NCBI RefSeq assembly: GCF_012290005.1
Contig: NZ_JAAXMS010000007.1
Location: 41,991 to 105,990, forward strand
Length of the DNA stretch: 64,000 nucleotides
DNA from: Crateriforma spongiae
GTDB taxonomy: Bacteria; Planctomycetota; Planctomycetia; Pirellulales; Pirellulaceae
Direction: 5' to 3'
This document shows positions 42,794-51,958 of this stretch, one piece after another. The notes under the pieces are model-generated. The model saw only the letters and a program-made list of their open reading frames with translations. It did no database searches and was not told the DNA's origin. Made by a program: the position numbers and the translations under genes. How positions within the stretch are numbered: the first letter of the stretch is position 1; each line of letters opens with the position of its first letter.

Positions 42794-44794
42794 TCAAAGC
42801 CCCATTTCGCCCGCGAATTCCCAGACGCTGTGATAGGCCGACTGGTCATCGAAGTACTGCAGCATGTCGGCATAAAACGCATCATTTCCAAGCGTGCCGC
42901 TGTCACCGACGACCACCAGACGGCGTTTGGCGCGGGTCATCGCGACGTTGGTCCGACGGGTGTCTTTCAGAAAACCGATTTCCCCGGTTTCGTTGCTGCG
43001 GACCATTGTCAACAGAACGACGTCTTTTTCGCGTCCCTGGAATCCGTCCACCGTGTCGACTTCGATACGGTGGTCATCCAGTCGCGAACGCAGACACCGG
43101 ACTTGGGCGGCATAGGGGGCAATGATGGCCATTTCCGATGGCCGCACGCCGCTTTCGATCAATTGTCGGACCAGGAAAACGATCACGTTGGCTTCGCCTG
43201 GATTCAGTTTGCTTAAACCGTCGGGTTCCAATTGTTCGTCCATCCCCGCGCCGGCGGTGTCGATCAACATCAGGGGGGAATCTGTCCAGCGGTTGTTTTC
43301 AACGTGCGGCAGGTCGGACAACAACCGATCTTTGACCGAGGCGTCAGCCACCAGATCGCCGTCATAGAACGTATCGGACGAAAACCGCATGATCTGTTGA
43401 TGCATCCGGTACTGGACCTTCAAGCGTCGATAGATCGTTTCGCCGTCACGTTCGACCAAACGCTGCATCGTCGAACGTCGCATCCCGTCGTCGGCGGCTT
43501 GATCGCTTAGTACGGTGGGAGGAAGCTGGAAGTGATCGCCGGCGATCACCAACCGCTCGGCACGATCCACGGCTTGCCAGATCCCAGGTTCGGTGCACTG
43601 ACAGGCTTCGTCGATCACCACCAAGTCAAAATCGCGTTTGCCCAGCAAGTCGTCGTCGATCGTTGTGGTGGTGCAGATCACATCGGCGCCGTCCAAGACG
43701 CCACGAACGATCGAACGCTCCAGTGCACGGATTTGTCCGCGCAGCTGGCCGGCTTCGGCAAACAATTGCCCGCGTCGTTTGTAACCATCACGTCCGCTGG
43801 GACGTTTGGATGCGGCGTTGACCAATTGGTCGACTTCTCGGCGCATGTCCTCGATCACGGCGGCCGACGGATCCGATTCCACCCGTTCGTCCAACGTGTG
43901 TCCGCGCAGCGATTCAAACACCCGCGCCGGATGCCCCACACGGATCACGGCGTCGTGCATGTCGACCAATTTTTCCATCAGGTTGTCGACGGCGGTATTG
44001 CTGGGGGCACACGCCAGCACTCGGCCGCCAAGCCGCACGGTTTGATAGATGATTTCGGCAACGGTTGTGGTTTTGCCGGTCCCCGGCGGACCATGAATCA
44101 CGGCCACGTCTTGGGCGGACAACGCGAATCGTACCGCTTCGCGTTGCGGCGGGTTCAGGTCGGTCAGAAATTCTACTTGAGGTTCTTGGCCGAACCGCAG
44201 CGGCCGGTTTCCCAGAATGACGTCGCGCAGTTTGGCGGCGCGGCCCTCGGCGGTTTGGCTCTTGGCCATCGCGGCCAACTGACGACGGCGTGTGGTTTCA
44301 TCCGGCGACAGGTCGATGCGAAAACGGTCGCCTTCGGGCCAGCGTTCGGTGGCCACTTGGATCATGTGGGACTTGCGTCGACTGACCACGCCGGCGACCC
44401 CTTCATCGGAATCATCGGCGTCGTCGCTGATGACCACCGGCGATCCGACCTTTAGCCGGTTCATGGGCAGCGGTGCGGAGGTGGCTTTGACAAATTCCAG
44501 TAGGTATCGGCCCGCCAATCCGATTTGGTGATCCGACATGTCCATCGCCAGCAACGTTTCGCCGGTTCGTTCGACGTCGGCGCGGCGTTGCATTTGGCGG
44601 CGTCGAGCCATGCGTTGGCGTTCCGCTTCGGATTCCAGATCCAACCAGCGTCGCAAGAGATCGAAATAGCGTTGTGGATCTTGGAAATCTGCGTCGGTGG
44701 CCGGTTGTGGATCCGCTAGTCCTTCGGCGAACCTGTCGGGATGCGACCGCTTGGATGAGTCTTTGGATCGTTTCGGGCGGCGGCGTGATGACAT
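42794..44794 (-). CDS. superfamily-1 DNA/RNA helicase (AAA_11/AAA_12, Upf1/IGHMBP2-like)
   Basis: Walker A VAVIHGPPGTGKTTT, DEAC (VVIDEACQ), LVIAGDHFQLPPTV, YRMHQQI, GFQGREKDVVLLTMVRSN, TRAKRRLVVVGD. Confidence 0.85.
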   Translation of the reverse strand: MSSRRRPKRSKDSSKRSHPDRFAEGLADPQPATDADFQDPQRYFDLLRRWLDLESEAERQRMARRRQMQRRADVERTGETLLAMDMSDHQIGLAGRYLLEFVKATSAPLPMNRLKVGSPVVISDDADDSDEGVAGVVSRRKSHMIQVATERWPEGDRFRIDLSPDETTRRRQLAAMAKSQTAEGRAAKLRDVILGNRPLRFGQEPQVEFLTDLNPPQREAVRFALSAQDVAVIHGPPGTGKTTTVAEIIYQTVRLGGRVLACAPSNTAVDNLMEKLVDMHDAVIRVGHPARVFESLRGHTLDERVESDPSAAVIEDMRREVDQLVNAASKRPSGRDGYKRRGQLFAEAGQLRGQIRALERSIVRGVLDGADVICTTTTIDDDLLGKRDFDLVVIDEACQCTEPGIWQAVDRAERLVIAGDHFQLPPTVLSDQAADDGMRRSTMQRLVERDGETIYRRLKVQYRMHQQIMRFSSDTFYDGDLVADASVKDRLLSDLPHVENNRWTDSPLMLIDTAGAGMDEQLEPDGLSKLNPGEANVIVFLVRQLIESGVRPSEMAIIAPYAAQVRCLRSRLDDHRIEVDTVDGFQGREKDVVLLTMVRSNETGEIGFLKDTRRTNVAMTRAKRRLVVVGDSGTLGNDAFYADMLQYFDDQSAYHSVWEFAGEMGL

Positions 44795-44827
44795 GAGGGA
44801 TGGTTTCGGGGGCTTCGGAGCGAATCA

Positions 44828-45121
44828 GTGTTGGATTGGCAAATCGGCTGGATGATCGTGGCGGGTTGGATGCTTGTTTGTTCGTCGGCCGAGATCGCCG
44901 CCTATGGCTGGGACAAGTGGTCAGCGATTCGCAACCGACGACGAATCCCCGAATCCACTTTGGTAACCATCGCCGCGTTGGGGGGATGGCCCGGGGGGAT
45001 GCTGGCATCGCGATGGTTTCGGCACAAGACCATCAAAGGCAGCTATCGGATCAAGTTTGCGGTCGCCACGGTCGTCAACCTGGCTATACTTGCCACGCTG
45101 GTGTACCTGTTCGTTTGTTAA
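44828..45121 (+). CDS. DUF1294 family small membrane protein
   Basis: WDKWSAIRNRRRIPESTLVTIAALGGWPGGMLASRWFRHKTIKGSYRIKF matches the DUF1294 consensus. Start is GTG 44828 or ATG 44852; it sits 33 bp divergent from the helicase start. Confidence 0.7.
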   Translation: MLDWQIGWMIVAGWMLVCSSAEIAAYGWDKWSAIRNRRRIPESTLVTIAALGGWPGGMLASRWFRHKTIKGSYRIKFAVATVVNLAILATLVYLFVC

Positions 45122-45194
45122 GTGGCTGGCCGGTGGGGCTGGCGGTTTTTCGCGTCCCGTGAATTCGGCCCACTGACCCGATTTCGTCGTTTCC

Positions 45195-48100
45195 ATGTCG
45201 TACGTCGAACTGCACTGTCGCAGCAATTTTTCGTTCCTGCGGGCTGCATCCCATCCCGACGAATTGGTTCAACAGGCTGCGGAACTGGGGTACGCGGGGA
45301 TCGCGATCACCGATCGTCATTCGATCGCCGGTGTCGTCCGCGGGTTTGCGCCGGCAAACGAATTGGGCATTCAGTACATCGTCGGCGCGGAATTGCATCC
45401 GGTCGATGCCCCGTCCATGGTGGTTTGGCCGACCGACCGGGCGGCCTATGGTCGATTGTGCCGTCTGCTGTCACGCGGAAGGATGCGATGCGAAAAAGGC
45501 CAGTGCAAGCTTCATTGGTCGGACATCGTCGAATTGAACGATGGTTTGTTGGCCGGCGTGTTGCCCGATGATCCGTCGTCCGTGTGGAACGACGATGAAC
45601 GCTCCGGTGAAATCGCTGGTAACCGGTCGGGCATGACGCCACAAGCGATGGCACGACTGGGACGATTCATGCGGACCCACTTTCGCGACGTGTTTGGTGA
45701 CCGTGGCTACTTGATGGCCGAACTGCATCAGGGCGTCGACGATGACTTGCGGTTACAAACGTTGGCCGATCTGGCATTGCGCTATGACGTTCCCTTGGTG
45801 GCATCGGGGGGTGTGGCCTATCACACACCCGATCGCATGTTGATGCACGACTGTGTCACGGCCATTCGGTTGGGAAAGACCATCGCCGAAATCCATGCGG
45901 ATCGATACGCCAACAGCCAGCGACATTTGAAATCGCTGGCACGAATCCGACACCTGTACCGTGACCAATCGCGTGCGGTCAGTCGAACATTGGAAATCGC
46001 ACAGCGTTGCCAGTTTCGCTTGAGTGAGTTGCGTTACGAGTATCCCGAGGAAATCGCACCGCCCGGGATGACGATGATCGAGCACCTGAAGCGGTTGACT
46101 TGGGAAGGCGCCAAACAACGATGGCCCGGCGGCGTGCCCGACAATGTACTGGCGTCGCTGAAGCACGAAATCCAGTTGATCGAAGAACTAAAATACGAAG
46201 CCTATTTTTTGACCGTCTGGGACATGGTGCGTTTCGCCCGCAGTCGGGGCATTCTGTGTCAGGGCCGCGGTTCGGCGGCCAACAGTTCGGTGTGCTATTG
46301 CCTGGGCATCACGGCGGTTGATCCCGGCCAAGGTGAACTGCTGTTCGAACGATTCATTTCACGTGAACGGAACGAAGCCCCCGACATCGACGTCGATTTC
46401 GAACACCAGCGACGCGAGGAGGTGCTGCAGTACTTGTACGAAAAGTACGGTCGCGATCGCGCGGGGATGACCGCCACGGTGACAACGTATCGCGGCAAAA
46501 GTGCGATTCGTGAAGTCGGTAAAGCTTTGGGGGCATCGGCCGACGCGATCGACACGTTGGCCAAGTTGGCCGGCAGTTATGACCGGAATCCTGATTTGCC
46601 CGATCGGTGTCGCCAGTCGGGGATTGACCCCGATTCGGAACTCGGGCGGCGTTGGATTCATCTGGTGATGACGCTGATCGGATTCCCCCGGCATCTGTCG
46701 CAACACGTCGGCGGGATGGTGATGACGGCGGGAAACCTGTGCGAATTGTGTGTGATCGAAAACGCGGCGATGCCGGGCCGGACGGTCATCCAGTGGGACA
46801 AAGACGACTTGGATGAACTGGGCATTTTGAAAGTGGATGTGCTTTCACTGGGAATGCTTTCGGCCATTCGGCGGGCATTTGAATTGGTTCACCAGCATCA
46901 CGGTCGTGATTGGAATCTGGCCAATCTGCCACCGGATGATCCGGCGACGTATGACATGATCTGTCGTGCCGACACCGTCGGGGTCTTTCAGATCGAAAGC
47001 CGGGCACAAATGAGCATGCTGCCGCGACTGAAGCCCAAGTGTTATTACGACTTGGTCATCGAAGTGGCGATCGTGCGTCCGGGGCCGATCCAAGGCAATA
47101 TGGTGCACCCGTTCTTACAGGCTCGTGAAAATCCCGATGCGGTGGTCTATCCCAACGATGCGATCCGGAAAGTATTGGAAAAGACCCTGGGGGTTCCGAT
47201 CTTTCAAGAACAGGCGATGAAGTTGGCCGTCGTTGCGGCGGGATTCACGCCCGGCGAAGCCGACCAGTTGCGGCGGGCCATGGCGGCGTGGCGTCGTCCA
47301 GGAATCATCGACAAGTTTCGAATCAAGTTGCTCCAAGGCATGACCGCCAATGGCTTGACCGGTGAGTTTGCCGAACAAGTGTTTCGCCAAATCCGTGGCT
47401 TCGGCGAATACGGATTTCCCGAATCGCACGCGGCCAGTTTTGCACTGTTGGTGTATGCATCGGCGTACTTGAAGTGCCATTACCCCGCCGCTTTTTGTGC
47501 GGCCCTGTTGAACAGCCAACCGATGGGATTTTACGCACCCGCGCAACTGATCGCTGATGCGCGAAATCACGGCGTCACCGTGCGACCGCCCGATGTGAAT
47601 CACAGCCAGATCGACGCGACGTTGGAAGACGCCGGGCAGACGGTGCGATTGGGCCTGCGTTCGGTTCGCGGCTTGGCGATCGATCATGCCGAACGTTTGA
47701 TCCAGCGGCGTCCAAGAACCGGGTATCGGTCGATGGCCGATCTGACCCGCCAAGCCGGCGTCGGGCAAGCGGGCATCACTCGGTTGGCCGATGCCGATGC
47801 GTTGCAGTCCATCTGTGGGGATCGTCGTGCGGCACTTTGGCAATCGCTTGCCCAAGAACAACGACCCGATGCCACGCCGCTGTTCGCATCGGCTGATGAC
47901 GATGAAGCGGTCCCCGAATCGGTGACACCGATGGGCGACCTGCAGGAAGTCTATGCCGATTACGAGACGACGGGGCTGAGTTTAAAAGGACACCCGATCG
48001 CGTTCGTCCGACGTGAACTGGATGCCCAACGTTGTGTTCGAAGTTGTGATCTGCCCCGATTGCGTGATGGGCGTCACGTCCGAGTGGCCGGTTTGGTATT

Positions 48101-48353
48101 GATGCGCCAGCGACCGGCGACCGCCAAAGGCATCACCTTTGTCACGATCGAAGATGAAACGGGACCGATCAACCTGGTGATGTTTGCCGATGTGTGGAAA
48201 CGGGAGTTTCGGGTCGCCAAAGGCAGCAATGCATGGATGGTCGACGGAAAACTGGAAAACCGCCAAAACGTGATTCATGTCATCGTCGGCAATCTGACGG
48301 ATCTGTCCGAAAAGGTCACCGGTTTGATTACAAAGTCACGTGACTTTCGCTGA
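45195..48353 (+). CDS. dnaE2: error-prone DNA polymerase (DnaE2/ImuC; Pol III alpha-like, PHP + polymerase core + OB)
   Basis: PHP N-terminus MSYVELHCRSNFSFLRAASHPDELV...GIAITDRHSIAGVVR. Length 1052 aa is typical of DnaE2 rather than DnaE1. Polymerase core (GILKVDVLSLGMLS, RPGPIQGNMVHPF). C-terminal OB (VRVAGLVLMRQRPATAKGITFVTIEDETG). Confidence 0.85.
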   Translation: MSYVELHCRSNFSFLRAASHPDELVQQAAELGYAGIAITDRHSIAGVVRGFAPANELGIQYIVGAELHPVDAPSMVVWPTDRAAYGRLCRLLSRGRMRCEKGQCKLHWSDIVELNDGLLAGVLPDDPSSVWNDDERSGEIAGNRSGMTPQAMARLGRFMRTHFRDVFGDRGYLMAELHQGVDDDLRLQTLADLALRYDVPLVASGGVAYHTPDRMLMHDCVTAIRLGKTIAEIHADRYANSQRHLKSLARIRHLYRDQSRAVSRTLEIAQRCQFRLSELRYEYPEEIAPPGMTMIEHLKRLTWEGAKQRWPGGVPDNVLASLKHEIQLIEELKYEAYFLTVWDMVRFARSRGILCQGRGSAANSSVCYCLGITAVDPGQGELLFERFISRERNEAPDIDVDFEHQRREEVLQYLYEKYGRDRAGMTATVTTYRGKSAIREVGKALGASADAIDTLAKLAGSYDRNPDLPDRCRQSGIDPDSELGRRWIHLVMTLIGFPRHLSQHVGGMVMTAGNLCELCVIENAAMPGRTVIQWDKDDLDELGILKVDVLSLGMLSAIRRAFELVHQHHGRDWNLANLPPDDPATYDMICRADTVGVFQIESRAQMSMLPRLKPKCYYDLVIEVAIVRPGPIQGNMVHPFLQARENPDAVVYPNDAIRKVLEKTLGVPIFQEQAMKLAVVAAGFTPGEADQLRRAMAAWRRPGIIDKFRIKLLQGMTANGLTGEFAEQVFRQIRGFGEYGFPESHAASFALLVYASAYLKCHYPAAFCAALLNSQPMGFYAPAQLIADARNHGVTVRPPDVNHSQIDATLEDAGQTVRLGLRSVRGLAIDHAERLIQRRPRTGYRSMADLTRQAGVGQAGITRLADADALQSICGDRRAALWQSLAQEQRPDATPLFASADDDEAVPESVTPMGDLQEVYADYETTGLSLKGHPIAFVRRELDAQRCVRSCDLPRLRDGRHVRVAGLVLMRQRPATAKGITFVTIEDETGPINLVMFADVWKREFRVAKGSNAWMVDGKLENRQNVIHVIVGNLTDLSEKVTGLITKSRDFR

Positions 48354-48527
48354 CCGCGTTGCCGCTGAAGTCTTAAGGCTATCAGGCCATGCATCGAAGG
48401 ACATGTGTGCGACCGCTTGACGCACAGTGGCTTTGAAATGAACGGCGGCGAAGCTGGCGGTTATTCTTTGCCTGTGTCGTCGACCCTTGGGCGATCGCGT
48501 CAAGAATGACTCCACCGGAACAATCAC

Positions 48528-50024
48528 GTGAATCTTCAACATTCATCGGTATTTCGACGTTGTCCGTTTCTTGGGCAAGGGATTGCAGCGTTCGCCGCGT
48601 GCGTCGTTGCGTTTGTCGCGGGCACGGCGTCGGCTGACGATTGGCGGGAATTGTTCGACGGCGTTTCGTTACAGGGATGGAAGGCCGCCGAAAATCCGCA
48701 GACTTGGCGGGTCGAAGATGATTGCCTGGTTGCTGATGGACCGCGGAGCCATTTGTTTTATGTCGGAAACGTCGGAAATCACGACTTTCAAAACTTCGAA
48801 CTCATTGCCGAATATCGAACGCAAGTGGGGTGCAACTCTGGCATCTTCTTTCATACCGCATTTCAAGAGTCCGGATGGCCGAAGCGTGGGTACGAAGTCC
48901 AAATCAATGACACCTATGTGGCAAAGGGCAACTACCGCGAACTCAAGCGAACCGGCAGCCTGTACGGTGTTCGAAATGTCTACGATCGGTTTGCCGGCGA
49001 CGGCGTCTGGAACCAATTAAGAGTCAAGGTGGCCGGCCGACGTATTCGAGTTTGGGTGAATGATGTGCCAACGGTCGACTACGTCGAACCAGACGATGCC
49101 CCGCGAGCAGAGTCGCGTTCGAAACGAGTTCTGTCACGGGGAACCGTTGCTTTGCAGGCCCACGATCCCGACAGCCGGATCGCCTTTCGCCGTGTCGCAA
49201 TCCGCATGATTGGTGATGAGACATTTGATGACGCCACCGCCGGTCCAGTTGTCAGCGGGTATGGGGTGTCGTCCGAACAAATGGATCGTTTGGCGTCGGA
49301 GAACATCCCTGTCATCGACTATCACGTTCATTTGCGCGGTGGCATGACGGTGGACAAAGCCGTTCATCGGCGTTGTGTCACCGGCGTCAACGTGGGAGTG
49401 TTACGCAATCTTGGTGCGGGCTGGCCAATCGAAACTGACGAGCAACTCGAATCCTTTCTCGATTCCATCGGATCGAAGCCAGTGTTTGTGGGACTGCAGG
49501 TCAACGACCGCGATTGGATGGATCGTCATTCGCCGCAGCTACTCAATCGGCTCGATTTCATCTTGGCCGATACCATGATCATGCCCATGCCGACCGATGA
49601 CAGCCCACCGGTCAATCTGTGGATACCCGAAGGTTATGACATCAAGGATCCGGATGCATGGATGGAACGCTACATGCGTCACAACCTAAAAGTTTTGTCC
49701 GAACCCGTGACGATCCTGGCCAATCCGACGTACCTGCCGCCGCCGGTGGAACACCTGTACGACGCATTGTGGACCGAGGAAAGGATGCGAACGATCATCG
49801 ACGCGGCGATCGAGAACGAAGTGGCGCTGGAGATCAATGCCAGCAGCGGACTTCCCAGTGACCGGTTCATTCGGCTGGCAAAATCGATGGGGGCAAAATT
49901 CAGTTTCGGTACGAACAACTTTGATGATCAACCGATCGACATGGGACGCTTCGTCGAAGCGATCGAAAAGTTCGGTCTGACCAAAAATGATATGTACGTT
50001 GCCGATCAGCCGGGCGACGATTGA
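48528..50024 (+). CDS. secreted DUF1080 (3-keto-disaccharide hydrolase-like jelly-roll) domain fused to a PHP-like metal-dependent phosphoesterase / TIM-barrel domain
   Basis: DUF1080 hallmarks (WRELFDGVSLQGWKAA...NHDFQNFELIAEYR...NSGIFFH...ALQAHDPDSRIAFRRVAIRMI), then a DYHVHL metal-binding motif. Starts at GTG 48528 or TTG 48570. Confidence 0.7.
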   Translation: MNLQHSSVFRRCPFLGQGIAAFAACVVAFVAGTASADDWRELFDGVSLQGWKAAENPQTWRVEDDCLVADGPRSHLFYVGNVGNHDFQNFELIAEYRTQVGCNSGIFFHTAFQESGWPKRGYEVQINDTYVAKGNYRELKRTGSLYGVRNVYDRFAGDGVWNQLRVKVAGRRIRVWVNDVPTVDYVEPDDAPRAESRSKRVLSRGTVALQAHDPDSRIAFRRVAIRMIGDETFDDATAGPVVSGYGVSSEQMDRLASENIPVIDYHVHLRGGMTVDKAVHRRCVTGVNVGVLRNLGAGWPIETDEQLESFLDSIGSKPVFVGLQVNDRDWMDRHSPQLLNRLDFILADTMIMPMPTDDSPPVNLWIPEGYDIKDPDAWMERYMRHNLKVLSEPVTILANPTYLPPPVEHLYDALWTEERMRTIIDAAIENEVALEINASSGLPSDRFIRLAKSMGAKFSFGTNNFDDQPIDMGRFVEAIEKFGLTKNDMYVADQPGDD

Positions 50025-50259
50025 TCCAACGCCGTCGACTTCTGGGATACCCGTTCTTTTGTGAACCCTTCTCTTGTTTGGGGCATGAATTGACGACAGC
50101 GATGGCGTCATTGACGCTCACTCGTCGAACCAAGTTCTCCATCGTGGATAATAGGGTCGGGTATCCGGTGACAAGCATTGTCCTCGTCGCACCCACGGCT
50201 ATCGCTGTCGGATCAGATACCACGATACGACTCATGAATCGACAGTTCCCAGCATGCGT

Positions 50260-51072
50260 TCATTCGCTGGGTGTTTTTAGGTTTCGGTAAAGCCAGCCGA
50301 AACCGCCGACCATTGCTGCGCAAAACGCGATCCAATACCAAGGGAAGCGTCGGGGCGTCGCCGCGACTTGGCCCACTGGTAACCCTTCCGCGTCAACATG
50401 GACAGCGGACACGGTGGCCTTCAAGGGTGTCGTCGTCTGTCCGGTTGTCGCCCAGATATCAATTTGTCCGGATTTTCCAACCGGGCCTGCAGCCCTGCAT
50501 AATTCTTTTGCCATCGCCCCGCCACTGGCACCAAAAAACGCATATTGTCCTTCGCCCAAATGGCGGATCTCCATCGCCGATGCACCCGATCGTGCAGGGA
50601 ACTGTTGATAGGTTGATTCACCGTCGCGTTTGCTATTGACGAACATGATGATTTGACCGCCTGGTCGACGCACGTGGCCGATCGTCGTGATGTTCGCATC
50701 ATCGCCAAAATGGATGCGGAAGAGGATTCCCACACCGCCGCCCCTGGGCGGCGTGTCCGCCTGGGTCAACGTGTAATTCAGACGGGCCGTGAAAACGCCA
50801 TCCAACTTGAACCGGCTTTTGAAACCAGCCGTGTTCATCGGCTGGGCACCATCACCGCCGCGATAGTTGGTTTGCCAACCACCGCGATCCAGTTGGAAAT
50901 GTTCCAATGCCGGATTGTATCGACGCATCCATGCCGGATCACCGAAACTTCCGGGGCCAAATTGATGCGTCAATTCCGTGGCATTGACGGGTTGGGGAGG
51001 CATGATGATTGCCCCCAACCAGACACAGGCACTGACCGTCGTGATGATGATGTTTGCTGATCGCCTATTCAT
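50260..51072 (-). CDS. hypothetical secreted protein with C-terminal TM anchor
   Basis: N-terminal signal-like MNRRSANIIITTVSACVWLGAII; C-terminal RFPWYWIAFCAAMVGGFGWLYRNLK. Its start overlaps the DUF1559 stop by 8 nt. Confidence 0.55.
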   Translation of the reverse strand: MNRRSANIIITTVSACVWLGAIIMPPQPVNATELTHQFGPGSFGDPAWMRRYNPALEHFQLDRGGWQTNYRGGDGAQPMNTAGFKSRFKLDGVFTARLNYTLTQADTPPRGGGVGILFRIHFGDDANITTIGHVRRPGGQIIMFVNSKRDGESTYQQFPARSGASAMEIRHLGEGQYAFFGASGGAMAKELCRAAGPVGKSGQIDIWATTGQTTTPLKATVSAVHVDAEGLPVGQVAATPRRFPWYWIAFCAAMVGGFGWLYRNLKTPSE

Positions 51073-51958
51073 TTGATTGTTCCGTTTCGCGACCGGCTGG
51101 ACTTAGCAGTCCTCGCAACACCAACCAATCGATTTGTCGTGAGACAAGATCTGCTGAACCGTCCAGCCGTGCAAACACGGCGCCGCCCGGATGTGACGAA
51201 CCCCAGTTGTGTTTGTATTCAATTTCGGGCTGATCGGGCTGGATCAGCACGCCGTCCCGCACCGTTCCACGGCTTCCGCCGGTAAAAATCGGCTCGTCCC
51301 AATACCAACTGGTCTCCGTTTGCACCAAAGGATCAAACGCTTTTTCACCGAAAGCGATGGTCTGACTCAAGCCGTCAATGATGTGCGCCGGTCGCAATGC
51401 TTCGGGATAATTCAGCATAATCATCCCATTGCCGGCATAATCGGTTTTCGCCCAAGCGCGACCGCCGGCATCGTATTCCCCGTTTTCATCATCGACCGGC
51501 GGCAGCGGTTCGCCTCGCGACCGACTGGGACAACGAAACAGCGGTCCCGCGTTTTCGACACGGATGCTTTGATGTGATTCCACTTGCTCCACCATGGGCA
51601 AAATCGCATAGGCCCAACTGCCGGTCTGTTTTGTGGGATGCGCAAACGGTATCCCAACGCCCCACCAAAACCGTTGATCGATCTGTCGATCGAAGGTTCC
51701 GACCCTGACCATTTCACCGTCGGTATTCTTGATGCGGCTTTCGCCATCGTCGCCACCGTTACCCGGCAGGTATTTCATCCGGTCGATGTGCATTTGAATC
51801 CCCAATCCCAACTGTCGGGATTGGCTGAGGCATTGCGCGCGTCTTGCCGCCTCGCGCGCCGATTGCGTCGCCGGTGCCAGCAACGATATCAGAACGGTCA
51901 CGATCGAAATCACCACCAACAATTCGATCAGGGTAAAACCACTACGGCGATACATCAT
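51065..51958 (-). CDS. DUF1559 protein (prepilin-type N-terminus + H-X9-DG)
   Basis: MMYRRSGFTLIELLVVISIVTVLISLLAPATQSAREAARRAQC; HPGGAVFARLDGSADLV. AAGGA SD upstream. Confidence 0.85.
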   Translation of the reverse strand: MMYRRSGFTLIELLVVISIVTVLISLLAPATQSAREAARRAQCLSQSRQLGLGIQMHIDRMKYLPGNGGDDGESRIKNTDGEMVRVGTFDRQIDQRFWWGVGIPFAHPTKQTGSWAYAILPMVEQVESHQSIRVENAGPLFRCPSRSRGEPLPPVDDENGEYDAGGRAWAKTDYAGNGMIMLNYPEALRPAHIIDGLSQTIAFGEKAFDPLVQTETSWYWDEPIFTGGSRGTVRDGVLIQPDQPEIEYKHNWGSSHPGGAVFARLDGSADLVSRQIDWLVLRGLLSPAGRETEQSNE

